35,234 nucleotides of DNA from Candidatus Izemoplasmatales bacterium (GCA_050177605.1 JBFXGX010000018.1:1-35234), one strand, 5' to 3'; counted from the stretch's first letter, positions 18,181 through 27,337 are shown. Notes: generated by a model from the letters alone, not told the origin. Translations and numbers: made by a program.

Positions 18181-19233
18181 TTACTTAATTTCACCACTAG
18201 CAACACGATCGAATAAGTATCCTAATACTTTAAAATACTCATCGGTTGAAATCGAGACACTTGAAACTGAATCAATGACAGATACTCCATCGAGTGATAC
18301 CCCATCGCCATCAACGGATTGAAGTGAAGGATTCCAGCCGTGTTCCATAATGTAATCACAGATTAATCCAACTTGTTCAAACCATTCTAAATTGTAGGTG
18401 TTATGAAGCCAAGCTTCATATCCTTCAATCGATGCCGTATTTGGATCTTCTAAACTTGATGTATACGTCGTGTAATGCATCTTGTAAGAATATCTTAAAT
18501 CTTGTTTCGTGTGTTCTTTCCAAGCAAATGTACCTTCAGTAGTGCTTTTTGTTGCTTGTTGAACATCAATCATAAGATTCGAGACAACGCCTTTTTCGCT
18601 AACATTCATCGTAGCGATATAAAGATCGGTCCCATCACAGAGAACTGCTTGAAATTCACCGTTTCGAGCTAATTCAACTGCTTCTTTCGCTAGTTTTGAA
18701 TATCCTTCATCTGAAATACTTACGGATGCAACATTGATAAAGTCACCATCTTCATCTGTTTCGGTTGCGTCAATACCGTTTTCTAACCAAAAGGCTTCAA
18801 TTAAGCTAGCTTGTCCAGCCCAGTCAAGCATGTTGTTTTCTTCTAACCACGTTGCATAACCTTCAATCGATGCTTGATTGACATCTTCCAGTGAAGCTTT
18901 GTAAGAAGAGTAATGCATTTTGTAGTTTAAACCAAGGTCTTTCTTGGTTTGTTCATTCCATCCGAAGCTGTAGGTTGATACATCATCAGAGGTATCTTCG
19001 GTTCCTTGATCAGCAACACTTACATTACGATATCCTTGTCTCACATCGATGTTATAACCAACAATGCTACCTTTATCAATTGTAACTGTTACTGTTGTTA
19101 AAACCGGTCTATTGCTTGAAACACTTAATTCATATGCAGTGAATTCACCGTCTACTTTGAATTCACTACTGTTACACCCAAGGAGTGTAACGGACGTCAG
19201 TACTACTAATAGTAGTATGGCGAGCCTTTTCAT
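18181..19233 (-). CDS. Lipoprotein with two tandem FMN-binding-like (major membrane immunogen/PplA-like) domains
   Basis: Lipobox LLGC; internal repeat TKKDLGLNYKMHY..ASIEGY..DWAGQ..VASVSIS versus TKQDLRYSYKMHY..ASIEGY..EWFEQ..VSSVSIS. Confidence 0.7.
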   Translation of the reverse strand: MKRLAILLLVVLTSVTLLGCNSSEFKVDGEFTAYELSVSSNRPVLTTVTVTIDKGSIVGYNIDVRQGYRNVSVADQGTEDTSDDVSTYSFGWNEQTKKDLGLNYKMHYSSYKASLEDVNQASIEGYATWLEENNMLDWAGQASLIEAFWLENGIDATETDEDGDFINVASVSISDEGYSKLAKEAVELARNGEFQAVLCDGTDLYIATMNVSEKGVVSNLMIDVQQATKSTTEGTFAWKEHTKQDLRYSYKMHYTTYTSSLEDPNTASIEGYEAWLHNTYNLEWFEQVGLICDYIMEHGWNPSLQSVDGDGVSLDGVSVIDSVSSVSISTDEYFKVLGYLFDRVASGEIK

Positions 19234-19271
19234 TTTCTTTCCTCCCTTATTTTTGATTTGTTCTTGCCTTC

Positions 19272-19300
19272 ATTATAACTAAAAAAAAGCGATTTGTCTA
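19272..19300 (-). promoter_or_regulatory. sigmaA promoter TAGACA-17-TATAAT for the lipoprotein gene
   Basis: -35 at 19295-19300, -10 at 19272-19277. Confidence 0.65.
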
Positions 19301-19331
19301 ATGAAGCTATAAAGAAAACATTTTCAAAAAT

Positions 19332-19362
19332 AAAGAAAAGCACTTACATTCGCTGTAAGTGC
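19332..19362 (-). terminator. Intrinsic terminator ending the rnf operon
   Basis: GCACTTACA-TTCGC-TGTAAGTGC hairpin with an A-rich tail. Confidence 0.8.
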
Positions 19363-19370
19363 CTGTTTTT

Positions 19371-19673
19371 TTATGACTCTGCTTTTGCTGCAAAAAGTTC
19401 GTCTAAATGTTTTTGTAAGATGTCCGCATCTTCTTTTTTCATTGGTTTACAACCCGATGGTTTGCTTTCTTTGGCAAGAAGTCCAACTGCCATCTCTTTG
19501 CATCCTGGGTACCCACAAGCACCACAGTTATATTTAGGTAATAATTCAACGATTCCCTCAATACGATTATCTTCTTCAACATAAAAATATTTACTAACTA
19601 AAAAGATTAAGAACCCTAAGACAAAGCCGATTACAGCTAAAGATAAAGCGGCTCTAGCAATATCCCAAAACAT
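19371..19673 (-). CDS. rnfB: Short RnfB: TM helix plus a single Fe-S domain, no ferredoxin domains
   Basis: FYVEEDNRIEGIVELLPKYNCGACGYPGC...C; 100 aa; last gene of the rnf operon. Confidence 0.85.
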   Translation of the reverse strand: MFWDIARAALSLAVIGFVLGFLIFLVSKYFYVEEDNRIEGIVELLPKYNCGACGYPGCKEMAVGLLAKESKPSGCKPMKKEDADILQKHLDELFAAKAES

Positions 19674-20248
19674 TAGACAAGTCCTCCGAATCTAGCAAAG
19701 ATTAATGCTAGGATTGCAGCGACGATTAATGCAATCGGTGTTCCTTTGAAAGCTTTTGGTACTGGAGCGAAGTCAAGTCTCTCTCTCATTGCGGAGAAGA
19801 TATACATCACAAATAAGAATCCTAATGAAATAAATGTCGAATATACAAGCATTTCGATGAAAGAATAGTCGTTATTGATGTTTAGAATTGCAACACCAAG
19901 CACAGCACAGTTTGTTGTAATTAAAGGCAAATAGATTCCTAAAGCTTTATACAAAGCTGGCGATACCTTTTTTAGGAAGATTTCGACCATTTGAACTAGT
20001 GCCGCAATAACAAGAATGAATACAATCGTTCTTAGGTATTCAAGTGATAATCTAACAAGTAGTAAATGGTAGAGTAACCAAGTGATGGTCGAGGATAGAA
20101 TGATAACAAATAAAACAGCCATCCCCATACCAACGGCACTACTTCTTTTTCTTGATACGCCGAGGAAAGGACATATACCTAAGAATTGCGTTAAAATAAT
20201 ATTTTCAATAATAAAAGCTCCAAAAGCTAAACTAATTAAATCACTCAT
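19673..20248 (-). CDS. rnfA: Rnf electron transport complex subunit A
   Basis: ENIILTQFLGICPFLG, LGIYLPLITTNCAVLG. Confidence 0.94.
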   Translation of the reverse strand: MSDLISLAFGAFIIENIILTQFLGICPFLGVSRKRSSAVGMGMAVLFVIILSSTITWLLYHLLLVRLSLEYLRTIVFILVIAALVQMVEIFLKKVSPALYKALGIYLPLITTNCAVLGVAILNINNDYSFIEMLVYSTFISLGFLFVMYIFSAMRERLDFAPVPKAFKGTPIALIVAAILALIFARFGGLV

Positions 20249-20913
20249 TATTTAGTTGCCCCCTTTGCTTGAAGTTTTGCTTGCTTTTTGTTTGAGATAG
20301 CCATGATTCCTGCAAGAAGGAATGCAAACGTGATAAATGCACCAGGTGCTTTCGTAAAGACATCAATTGGTGTGATCTTTAAGAAATCAAACAGGAAACT
20401 AAAGTTAATTTGTAATTCTCCCCAAATCGTTAACGTTCCGTTTCCTAAGAATTCACGAACCGTTGCGATAAGCATTAAGCCTAAGCCATAACCTAATGCC
20501 ATCCCCATGCCATCCACGACAGAATCAACTACACCGTGATTGGATGCGAATGCTTCTGCACGTCCTAGGATGATACAGTTCACAACGATTAACGGAATAA
20601 ATACGCCTAGGCTAATGTATAAAGGAAGTAAGAACGCATGCATCACCATTTCAACGACTGTAACAAGGGTCGCAATAATTACGATATAAACCGGAATACG
20701 AACTGGTTTGACTAGTTCTCTTAATTTTGCACTACTCATTAATAACGAAACAAAGAAATTCGATAATACTAATACAAAGAAGACAGCGATTGTCATCCCA
20801 ATTGCGTTTTCAAGCGAGGTAGTTACCGCAAGCGAAGGACACATACCAAGAACGGAAACAAATAATGGGTTCTCTTTAAAAATCCCTTTTACAAAATTTT
20901 CTTTTTGGTTCAT
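20248..20913 (-). CDS. rnfE: Rnf electron transport complex subunit E
   Basis: ENPLFVSVLGMCPSLAVT, FIPLIVVNCIILGRAEAFA, PGAF. Confidence 0.94.
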   Translation of the reverse strand: MNQKENFVKGIFKENPLFVSVLGMCPSLAVTTSLENAIGMTIAVFFVLVLSNFFVSLLMSSAKLRELVKPVRIPVYIVIIATLVTVVEMVMHAFLLPLYISLGVFIPLIVVNCIILGRAEAFASNHGVVDSVVDGMGMALGYGLGLMLIATVREFLGNGTLTIWGELQINFSFLFDFLKITPIDVFTKAPGAFITFAFLLAGIMAISNKKQAKLQAKGATK

Positions 20914-21482
20914 TAGTTTCCACCTCCAAAATCTGCTTCTGCACGTTCAAATACAGCATGGAAACAATTGTTGATAGCTGTAGATGTTACGGTTGCTCCT
21001 GCAATGCCATCAAATGTCGTACCCGTATCGGTTTTCCAAAGTGATACGTCCCAATTGGCATCATCAAAACCGACAATACTTACACCGGTCATTTTGAAAT
21101 CATATCCCGGAGCTTTAGCTCCATAGCCTGAGGTTTCAGATTGACTAACAATTGCATATCCATCAACGATAAGATTACTAGACACTGCAATTAACATCTT
21201 AATGTCTGATTGGAATCCATATTTCGTAACACTATAGACAATTGCTTTGATTTCATCACCTTGTTTCAAAATGTATAAGGTATCAATAATACTATCTGAC
21301 ACAGCTAGTTCGGTAATAGTATATTGACTCAAATCATAAAATTCACCAATGGCATCATATTTCGCTTTATTTTCGTTCTCTAAAATCGTTGGAGCTGTGA
21401 GCGAGTTGACAAAAGCAAGAATGGATCCCATCACTAATCCTAATACTAATAAAACTAATCCAGAAGTTAATCCTTTAGACAT
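20913..21482 (-). CDS. rnfG: Rnf subunit G (FMN-binding)
   Basis: N-terminal TM, SETSGYG, flavinylation motif DGIAGATVTS; likely ATG 21482 after GGAGG. Confidence 0.88.
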   Translation of the reverse strand: MSKGLTSGLVLLVLGLVMGSILAFVNSLTAPTILENENKAKYDAIGEFYDLSQYTITELAVSDSIIDTLYILKQGDEIKAIVYSVTKYGFQSDIKMLIAVSSNLIVDGYAIVSQSETSGYGAKAPGYDFKMTGVSIVGFDDANWDVSLWKTDTGTTFDGIAGATVTSTAINNCFHAVFERAEADFGGGN

Positions 21483-21483
21483 C

Positions 21484-22200
21484 TTAATTACCTCCTGTTT
21501 GAGCACTCACGAAGAGTGTTAGTATATCAACTAGATCTTGCATTGCTGGTGAAGTGCCTTCGGAAGCACCAGCAATTGCATCTAAATTTGTATTTCCTTG
21601 AGCATATCCATCCATATAGTAGTTTTCTACGTAAGGTGTTGGATGACCAGCAGTCCCTTGATATGTTTCTGAAGTCGTAACTAAATAACTGAGAACTGCT
21701 GTGAAATCATTGTTATAAACGACAGAAACACTGATGATACTTGCGTAAGCAGCAGTTACAATAACAACAGTATGCGTGTCAGCATCATAACTTTGGATGT
21801 AAGTATTCATATCTAGGCCAGTATTAGCTTTACTTACAGCAGCTTGAATATCAAGTAGGTCACTCGTTGGAACATCATCTCCACTTTGTACACCACTAAT
21901 CAGTTTTGACTTCGTTAAATAAAGTGTTGCTTGTTGGTTTTCTCCAAAGTTCACATGGACAAGATAAGGATAAGTGCCAACCGTTTCTAAATCAAAATTA
22001 TAATCATAGCCAGTAATTTCAAAAGTAATATTTTCTTGTTCATGTACTGCGATTTGGTTTACCATGTACCTAGAATAGAACCCTCCAAGGATGAAAATAA
22101 ACAAGAAGATTAATGTGAATGCGAATGATATTTTATGTGTTACAAAGAAGTTTTTTATCAATGTAGGACATTTTATAATAAAATTCAATATTTTTTTCAT
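21484..22200 (-). CDS. Extra membrane-anchored FMN-binding protein within the rnf operon
   Basis: One TM helix; C-terminal FMN_bind-like pattern AYASIISVSVVY...SET...LDAIAGASEGTSPAM; translationally coupled to rnfD (TAATG). Confidence 0.72.
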   Translation of the reverse strand: MKKILNFIIKCPTLIKNFFVTHKISFAFTLIFLFIFILGGFYSRYMVNQIAVHEQENITFEITGYDYNFDLETVGTYPYLVHVNFGENQQATLYLTKSKLISGVQSGDDVPTSDLLDIQAAVSKANTGLDMNTYIQSYDADTHTVVIVTAAYASIISVSVVYNNDFTAVLSYLVTTSETYQGTAGHPTPYVENYYMDGYAQGNTNLDAIAGASEGTSPAMQDLVDILTLFVSAQTGGN

Positions 22201-23378
22201 TAGAAGTTACCTCCTACGAAAAATGTCATTGCAGAATACATGTCAATTGATTTATACACACCATATGCCATAATTGCGACCAAGATAAATACTAATAATG
22301 CAAATTTACCCCATGTCTTTTTATTAAGACCTGAAGAACGAATGACTGCGGTTGTTTTATCGAGTGGCATTAAGAAAATATTCATCACAATGATTGCCGT
22401 AGCAACCCCTTCTGGGAAAGTACCAATATAACGGAAAAGAACAGTTAATGCACCAAGGAACAAGGCATTAAATACTTTTCCTAAAGGATTTCTTGGAGTG
22501 GTGACTGGTTCTGTTGACATGAACACAGCTCCATACATTAATCCTCCACTTAAAATTCCATATACAGGGAACCAAAGTCCTGTTTCACCGTTCACTGCAC
22601 CAATAATCCATGTAAGTACAAATACGGTAACAATATAGATAAGTGGTGTTGTCCATTTAATAACTTTTCTGAACGAGAACCAAAGATAAGCAATGATAAT
22701 TACAAGCGCACTTGTTTCACCAAGAGATCCAGGAATCGTTCCTAAGAAGAAATTCCAAAGACTTCCATATGGCGCGACAAGTACTTGATAACTAATTTGA
22801 TGTGTCTCTGCAAGAACTGCTAATGGTGTTGCGCCAGCTGCAGCATCGATAATCACTTCAGAAGGATTTAAGAAACCTCCATTTGACATGACGAGACCCA
22901 TAAGTGAAGCCATCACAACGACTCTACCGATAATCGCTGGATTAAATAAATTGTATCCAAATCCACCGAATAACATTTTACCAACGATGGTTGCAAAGAA
23001 GACCCCAACCATCAATACCCAAATTGGTGTATAAAGTGGAAGTAATAAAGCTAAAATAAACCCAGGAAAGACCGCGTAAGAAGTTTTTAATCTTTTAACG
23101 ATTCCTTTTAGATTATTTGCTTCAGGATCTGTTTTATAGAAGAAGACAGCTTCCATTAAAATGGATAAGAATCCTCCTGTTAAGATGAACACTAATGGAT
23201 ATAGCATTTCTAAGAATGTAGCATCTCCATTGATGTAAACTAAGATTCCGTTTTTAAACCAAGAAAACAAAATGACTAAACTCATTCCAATGAGGAAGTC
23301 TCTCATAATCGTGGCGGTATCTTTATTGGTATCTGATAAACGAATAAATGGTGCTTTTCCGTTTGAGAATCTTGCCAT
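22200..23378 (-). CDS. rnfD: Rnf subunit D
   Basis: KMLFGGFGYNLFNPA, DAAAGATPL (FMN site), GSLGETS, FMSTEPVTTP. Confidence 0.93.
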   Translation of the reverse strand: MARFSNGKAPFIRLSDTNKDTATIMRDFLIGMSLVILFSWFKNGILVYINGDATFLEMLYPLVFILTGGFLSILMEAVFFYKTDPEANNLKGIVKRLKTSYAVFPGFILALLLPLYTPIWVLMVGVFFATIVGKMLFGGFGYNLFNPAIIGRVVVMASLMGLVMSNGGFLNPSEVIIDAAAGATPLAVLAETHQISYQVLVAPYGSLWNFFLGTIPGSLGETSALVIIIAYLWFSFRKVIKWTTPLIYIVTVFVLTWIIGAVNGETGLWFPVYGILSGGLMYGAVFMSTEPVTTPRNPLGKVFNALFLGALTVLFRYIGTFPEGVATAIIVMNIFLMPLDKTTAVIRSSGLNKKTWGKFALLVFILVAIMAYGVYKSIDMYSAMTFFVGGNF

Positions 23379-23380
23379 AA

Positions 23381-24688
23381 TTATGCTCCTTTCTTGGTAA
23401 GAAGAGCTGTTTTAGCTTTTACAACTGCTTCTGTAATTTCAATATGTGATGGACAAATGTGACTGCAAAGTCCACAAGCAATACATTTATCTGCATTTAA
23501 TTCTTTCACTTGAACCATATCCCCAGCTTCAAAAGTACGTTGAATTTCAGTTGGTGCTAAGAAGACTGGACATACATCACTACATCTTCCACATCCTAAA
23601 CAAGCTGGATGATCTTTTGGTTCTGGTAATGGTTTGACAATGACAGCGCCTAAAGTATCATTGACGATTAAGTCATCAATCAATATCGCTCTACCTGTCA
23701 TAGGGCCACCCGCAATATATAAAGCTTCTGCAGGATTTAGTCCTTCAATGTATCCACCTGATAATTGAATCAAGTCACTGACTTTTGTCCCGATAGGAAC
23801 ATAATAGTTTCTAGGATTCTTGATTCCCTCACCGGTAATCGTAATCGCACGATGAGTCAATGGATGGTTAAATTCGACAACATCTGCGAAGTTCATTACT
23901 GTAGCTAGATTATCAACGATCACCCCAGCTTCACCAGGTAATCGTGTGTAGGTTTTATTAATTACATGTTCAACAATGTATTTTTCCCAACCAGAAGGAT
24001 AGACATCTGCGACAGGGAATAAACTAATTTGAGGATATTTTTTTAAAAGATACTCTAGCATGTCCGGATATTGATGGTTATATCCTTTGTAAGCAATATA
24101 CCCTTTGCTTGCACCGGCAGCCTTCATCGAATAAGATAATCCACGAAGCAATTTTTCAGGATCTTCTTGGAATAATGCATAGTCACATGTTAAATAAGGC
24201 TCACACTCTACTGCATTCACAATGATTGTATCGATAGGTGATTTTGATTGATATTTTACATAGGTCGGAAATCCCGCTCCACCTAGCCCTGAAAGTCCAG
24301 CTTCCTGCATTCTTTTCACTAGATCTTCTTTGGATAACCCATCAACATGCTCTTCTTTTTGGATAGACTCATGCAGTGTGAATAAGCCATCGCTTTCAAT
24401 CTCGATTGCATCGACCATTTTTCCACTAGAGTGCCATACCTTTTTAACTGAAGTCACCGTACCCGAAATAGACGCATGAATTGGCATTGCGCCAAACCCT
24501 TCACGTAAAGCTACTGTTTGACCAACTTTTACAGACTCGCCTACTTCAACAACTCTTTTTAATGGGCTGTTTTGTTGGAGTAGGTGAATATATACAAATT
24601 TTGGACTGTAATCGAGATACATCTTGTCTTTCTTGGACATTGACTTACGACCTTCGATTTTTAATCCTTTTGATTTTCGTAACAACAT
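23381..24688 (-). CDS. rnfC: Rnf subunit C (NADH/FMN, 2x[4Fe-4S])
   Basis: HASISGTV, GLGGAGFPT, NAVECEPYLT, GGPMTG, CLGCGRCSDVCP, CIACGLCSHICP; likely ATG 24688 after GGAGG. Confidence 0.95.
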   Translation of the reverse strand: MLLRKSKGLKIEGRKSMSKKDKMYLDYSPKFVYIHLLQQNSPLKRVVEVGESVKVGQTVALREGFGAMPIHASISGTVTSVKKVWHSSGKMVDAIEIESDGLFTLHESIQKEEHVDGLSKEDLVKRMQEAGLSGLGGAGFPTYVKYQSKSPIDTIIVNAVECEPYLTCDYALFQEDPEKLLRGLSYSMKAAGASKGYIAYKGYNHQYPDMLEYLLKKYPQISLFPVADVYPSGWEKYIVEHVINKTYTRLPGEAGVIVDNLATVMNFADVVEFNHPLTHRAITITGEGIKNPRNYYVPIGTKVSDLIQLSGGYIEGLNPAEALYIAGGPMTGRAILIDDLIVNDTLGAVIVKPLPEPKDHPACLGCGRCSDVCPVFLAPTEIQRTFEAGDMVQVKELNADKCIACGLCSHICPSHIEITEAVVKAKTALLTKKGA

Positions 24689-24706
24689 TAAAATATCCTC
24701 CTTCAT

Positions 24707-24737
24707 ACAACGTTAAGATAACGTTGTTATTATAGCA
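24707..24737 (-). promoter_or_regulatory. rnf promoter (TGCTATAAT) with a 9-bp inverted repeat ACAACGTTA-AGA-TAACGTTGT at the transcription start
   Basis: -10 at 24729-24734; inverted repeat at 24707-24727. Confidence 0.55.
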
Positions 24738-24785
24738 CATTTTTGAAATACTACAAACATATTTTACAAGCTCTTTAATTGAAAA

Positions 24786-25493
24786 TTAATCGAGCATTTT
24801 CATTAAGCTTGAAACCTCATTTTCGGAAAGCAAACGATACTCTCCTAAGGGTATATTTCCTTTGTGTAAATTCATGATTCTAACTCGATCTAATTCAAAA
24901 ACTCGGTACCCTAATGCCTTTGACATTCTGCGAATTTGTAAGTTCAAACCTTCTGTCAAAATAATCGAAAATTGTTTAGAACCAATTTTTTTGCACTGGG
25001 CAGGTTTTGTTATTTGGTTTTGATGCTTCACTGGGTTATAAATTTCAAGGCCTTGACTCATCGATTCTAGAAAAGCTGATGTAATCTCTTTATCAACCCT
25101 TACATGATATTCCTTTTCATGATGGTTTTCACTTCGAAGAATTTTATTGACAATGTCTCCATGATTGGTGAGCATAATGAGTCCCGTACTGTCTTTATCC
25201 AGTCTGCCTATCGGAAAGATCCGTTCATGAAAGTGTATCGCATCGATAATATTCCCGGGTTTTGAAGTATCCGTTGTCGACTCAATTCCTTTTGGTTTGT
25301 TATAAAGCATATAAATATAATCTGGTCGATCTTTTAATAACACGCCATCAATAAATAGTTGATCATTCGGTGAAATTTCCATACCGATCGTCGCTATTTG
25401 TTGATTGACAACAACTCTTTTTTCTTCTATTAGTTTATCCGCAGCTCTTCTTGAACAATAGCCACTACTACTAATAAATTGATTAATTCTCAC
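24786..25493 (-). CDS. rRNA pseudouridine synthase, RsuA/RluF family
   Basis: S4 domain (MRINQFIS..CSRRAAD), GRLDKDSTG, EGLNLQIRRM. Confidence 0.9.
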   Translation of the reverse strand: MRINQFISSSGYCSRRAADKLIEEKRVVVNQQIATIGMEISPNDQLFIDGVLLKDRPDYIYMLYNKPKGIESTTDTSKPGNIIDAIHFHERIFPIGRLDKDSTGLIMLTNHGDIVNKILRSENHHEKEYHVRVDKEITSAFLESMSQGLEIYNPVKHQNQITKPAQCKKIGSKQFSIILTEGLNLQIRRMSKALGYRVFELDRVRIMNLHKGNIPLGEYRLLSENEVSSLMKMLD

Positions 25494-26004
25494 TGCTTTT
25501 CTCCATTTCTAGAAGCAACTTAAAAACAAATGTGTCACGTTCTTTCCAAGGAATAAGGTCATTGGAAGGAACGTTTTGATTTTGTTCTATCGCTTCCTCT
25601 AAGGTTACCCATATTGGATGGTACCCATATTCGATTTCGTAGTCGTCGAGGTTCAAGGTAGATTGTCCATCAAAAACACTACAAAAATAGTATCTCGATT
25701 CTTGTTTAAAAACATCAAAATCACCTAAAAAATCTTTTGCATATTCAACTGTTTTACCAAAAGGACGAATGAACGATTTAATATGATATCCTGTTTCCTC
25801 TTCCACCTCGCGGCGAAGCACATCAAATCTTGATTCGTTTTGTTCTTTTCCCCCACCGGGGAATTTAATTTCTCCATATTTTTTGCTTTGAACTAATAAG
25901 TATTTAGTTCCCTTTTTAATAATGGCTCGATACGCAATTCGGAATAGTACTGTTCCATCCAAAAAAATATCGTTTTGTCGATATAAAGTCGTTAAAAGAT
26001 TCAT
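25483..26004 (-). CDS. NUDIX hydrolase
   Basis: Nudix box FPGGGKEQNESRFDVLRREVEEETG. Confidence 0.9.
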   Translation of the reverse strand: MNLLTTLYRQNDIFLDGTVLFRIAYRAIIKKGTKYLLVQSKKYGEIKFPGGGKEQNESRFDVLRREVEEETGYHIKSFIRPFGKTVEYAKDFLGDFDVFKQESRYYFCSVFDGQSTLNLDDYEIEYGYHPIWVTLEEAIEQNQNVPSNDLIPWKERDTFVFKLLLEMEKSSEN

Positions 26005-27020
26005 TTTGTCGTAAAAAACTCTTTCACATGTTGAATCGCTTTTTTAATGTCTTCTTGAGTAACGTCTTTATGTGTTACAAAACGGAATGCACCTTCGTAA
26101 TCAAGAATCTTCACTCCGTTATGAAATAAATAGGATTCAAGTTCAGTTTTTTTAGGGTTGTCTATGTCAAAGAAAACCATATTGATATCTCTTTGAGTTT
26201 CATCGATGTTAATTCCTGGAATTTCTTCTAAAAGGGATGCCATATAGGTTGCATTCTCATGGTCGACAGACAGTCTTTTTGACATTTCTTCGATGGCGAT
26301 TTTCCCGGCAGCAGCGAGTATACCAACTTGTCTCATTCCACCACCCATGATTTTACGGTTATATCTTGCTTTATCAATAAACTCTTTTGATCCAACAAGT
26401 ACCGTACCGATAGGTGCACATAATCCTTTGGATAAGCAAACACTAACCGTATCTGCATACTGTGCAATATCTTTCACTTCACAATGTAGCGCTGTCGCAG
26501 CATTAAAAATACGTGCGCCATCTAAGTGAACTTGGAGACCTCTTTCATGTGTAATCTCATATACTTGTTTTAAATATTCGATTGGTAGTACCTTTCCGCC
26601 ATAAGCATTTTCTACACAAACCAGTTTTGTTCTTGTGGTTGAGATGGTTCTTTGTTTAAATGATTTTTTGAGTTTTTCTAAGTCCCAAATACCACCATTA
26701 CTTTCCAACGTAAATAATTGAACACCAGAAATCACAGGCGATGCGCCAGATTCATGTTGGACAATATGAGCATATTGATCTAGGATGACTTCGTCACCTT
26801 GGTTACAATGTGTAAAAAGGGCTAATTGATTTGAAAACGTCCCTGAAGGAACGAAAACTCCAGCTTCTTTTCCTAGTTTCTTCGCTACAAGATCCTCGAA
26901 ATCATTCATCGTCGGATCATCTGAAAAAACATCATCTCCAACCATAGCGACCATCATCGCATCCATCATTTCTTTGGTAGGGGTTGTTACTGTATCACTT
27001 CTTAAGTCAATATATCTCAT
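26001..27020 (-). CDS. ltaE: Low-specificity L-threonine aldolase
   Basis: IDLRSDTVT, VPSGTFSNQ, HLDGARIFNA, CLSKGLCAPIG, GGGMRQ. Confidence 0.94.
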   Translation of the reverse strand: MRYIDLRSDTVTTPTKEMMDAMMVAMVGDDVFSDDPTMNDFEDLVAKKLGKEAGVFVPSGTFSNQLALFTHCNQGDEVILDQYAHIVQHESGASPVISGVQLFTLESNGGIWDLEKLKKSFKQRTISTTRTKLVCVENAYGGKVLPIEYLKQVYEITHERGLQVHLDGARIFNAATALHCEVKDIAQYADTVSVCLSKGLCAPIGTVLVGSKEFIDKARYNRKIMGGGMRQVGILAAAGKIAIEEMSKRLSVDHENATYMASLLEEIPGINIDETQRDINMVFFDIDNPKKTELESYLFHNGVKILDYEGAFRFVTHKDVTQEDIKKAIQHVKEFFTTK

Positions 27021-27295
27021 AGTGTGCTCCTTAAAATTAAGTATTTTTGATATTCTTTTGATACTTTCATTAAATTAGTGATTACTTCTAGATAATATTC
27101 TTTGTAAATCGGGTCTTCAATTCGAGCTAGGTTTTTTTCGATGACTTCAAGTTCTCTCGTATGATCATAAACAGTCAAGTCTTGACTCATTTTGTATTCA
27201 GCAACTTCTTTGACAATTTCCATTCTTTTCACAAATAGATTAGCCATTTGTTCATCAATTTGATCAATTTGATCTCTCAATACTTTAATATCCAT
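27017..27295 (-). CDS. Chorismate mutase, AroQ type, monofunctional
   Basis: LRDQIDQID...KRM..V..VAEYK...VYD..RE...S..YQ. Confidence 0.85.
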   Translation of the reverse strand: MDIKVLRDQIDQIDEQMANLFVKRMEIVKEVAEYKMSQDLTVYDHTRELEVIEKNLARIEDPIYKEYYLEVITNLMKVSKEYQKYLILRSTL

Positions 27296-27337
27296 GACTT
27301 TGCTCCTTAATATACAATATTATGTATATTATAACAT

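Noticed and set aside
24720..24770. Rex operator upstream of rnf
   Set aside because: The TGTG...AACA spacing does not fit the 18-bp TTGTGAA-N4-TTCACAA consensus.
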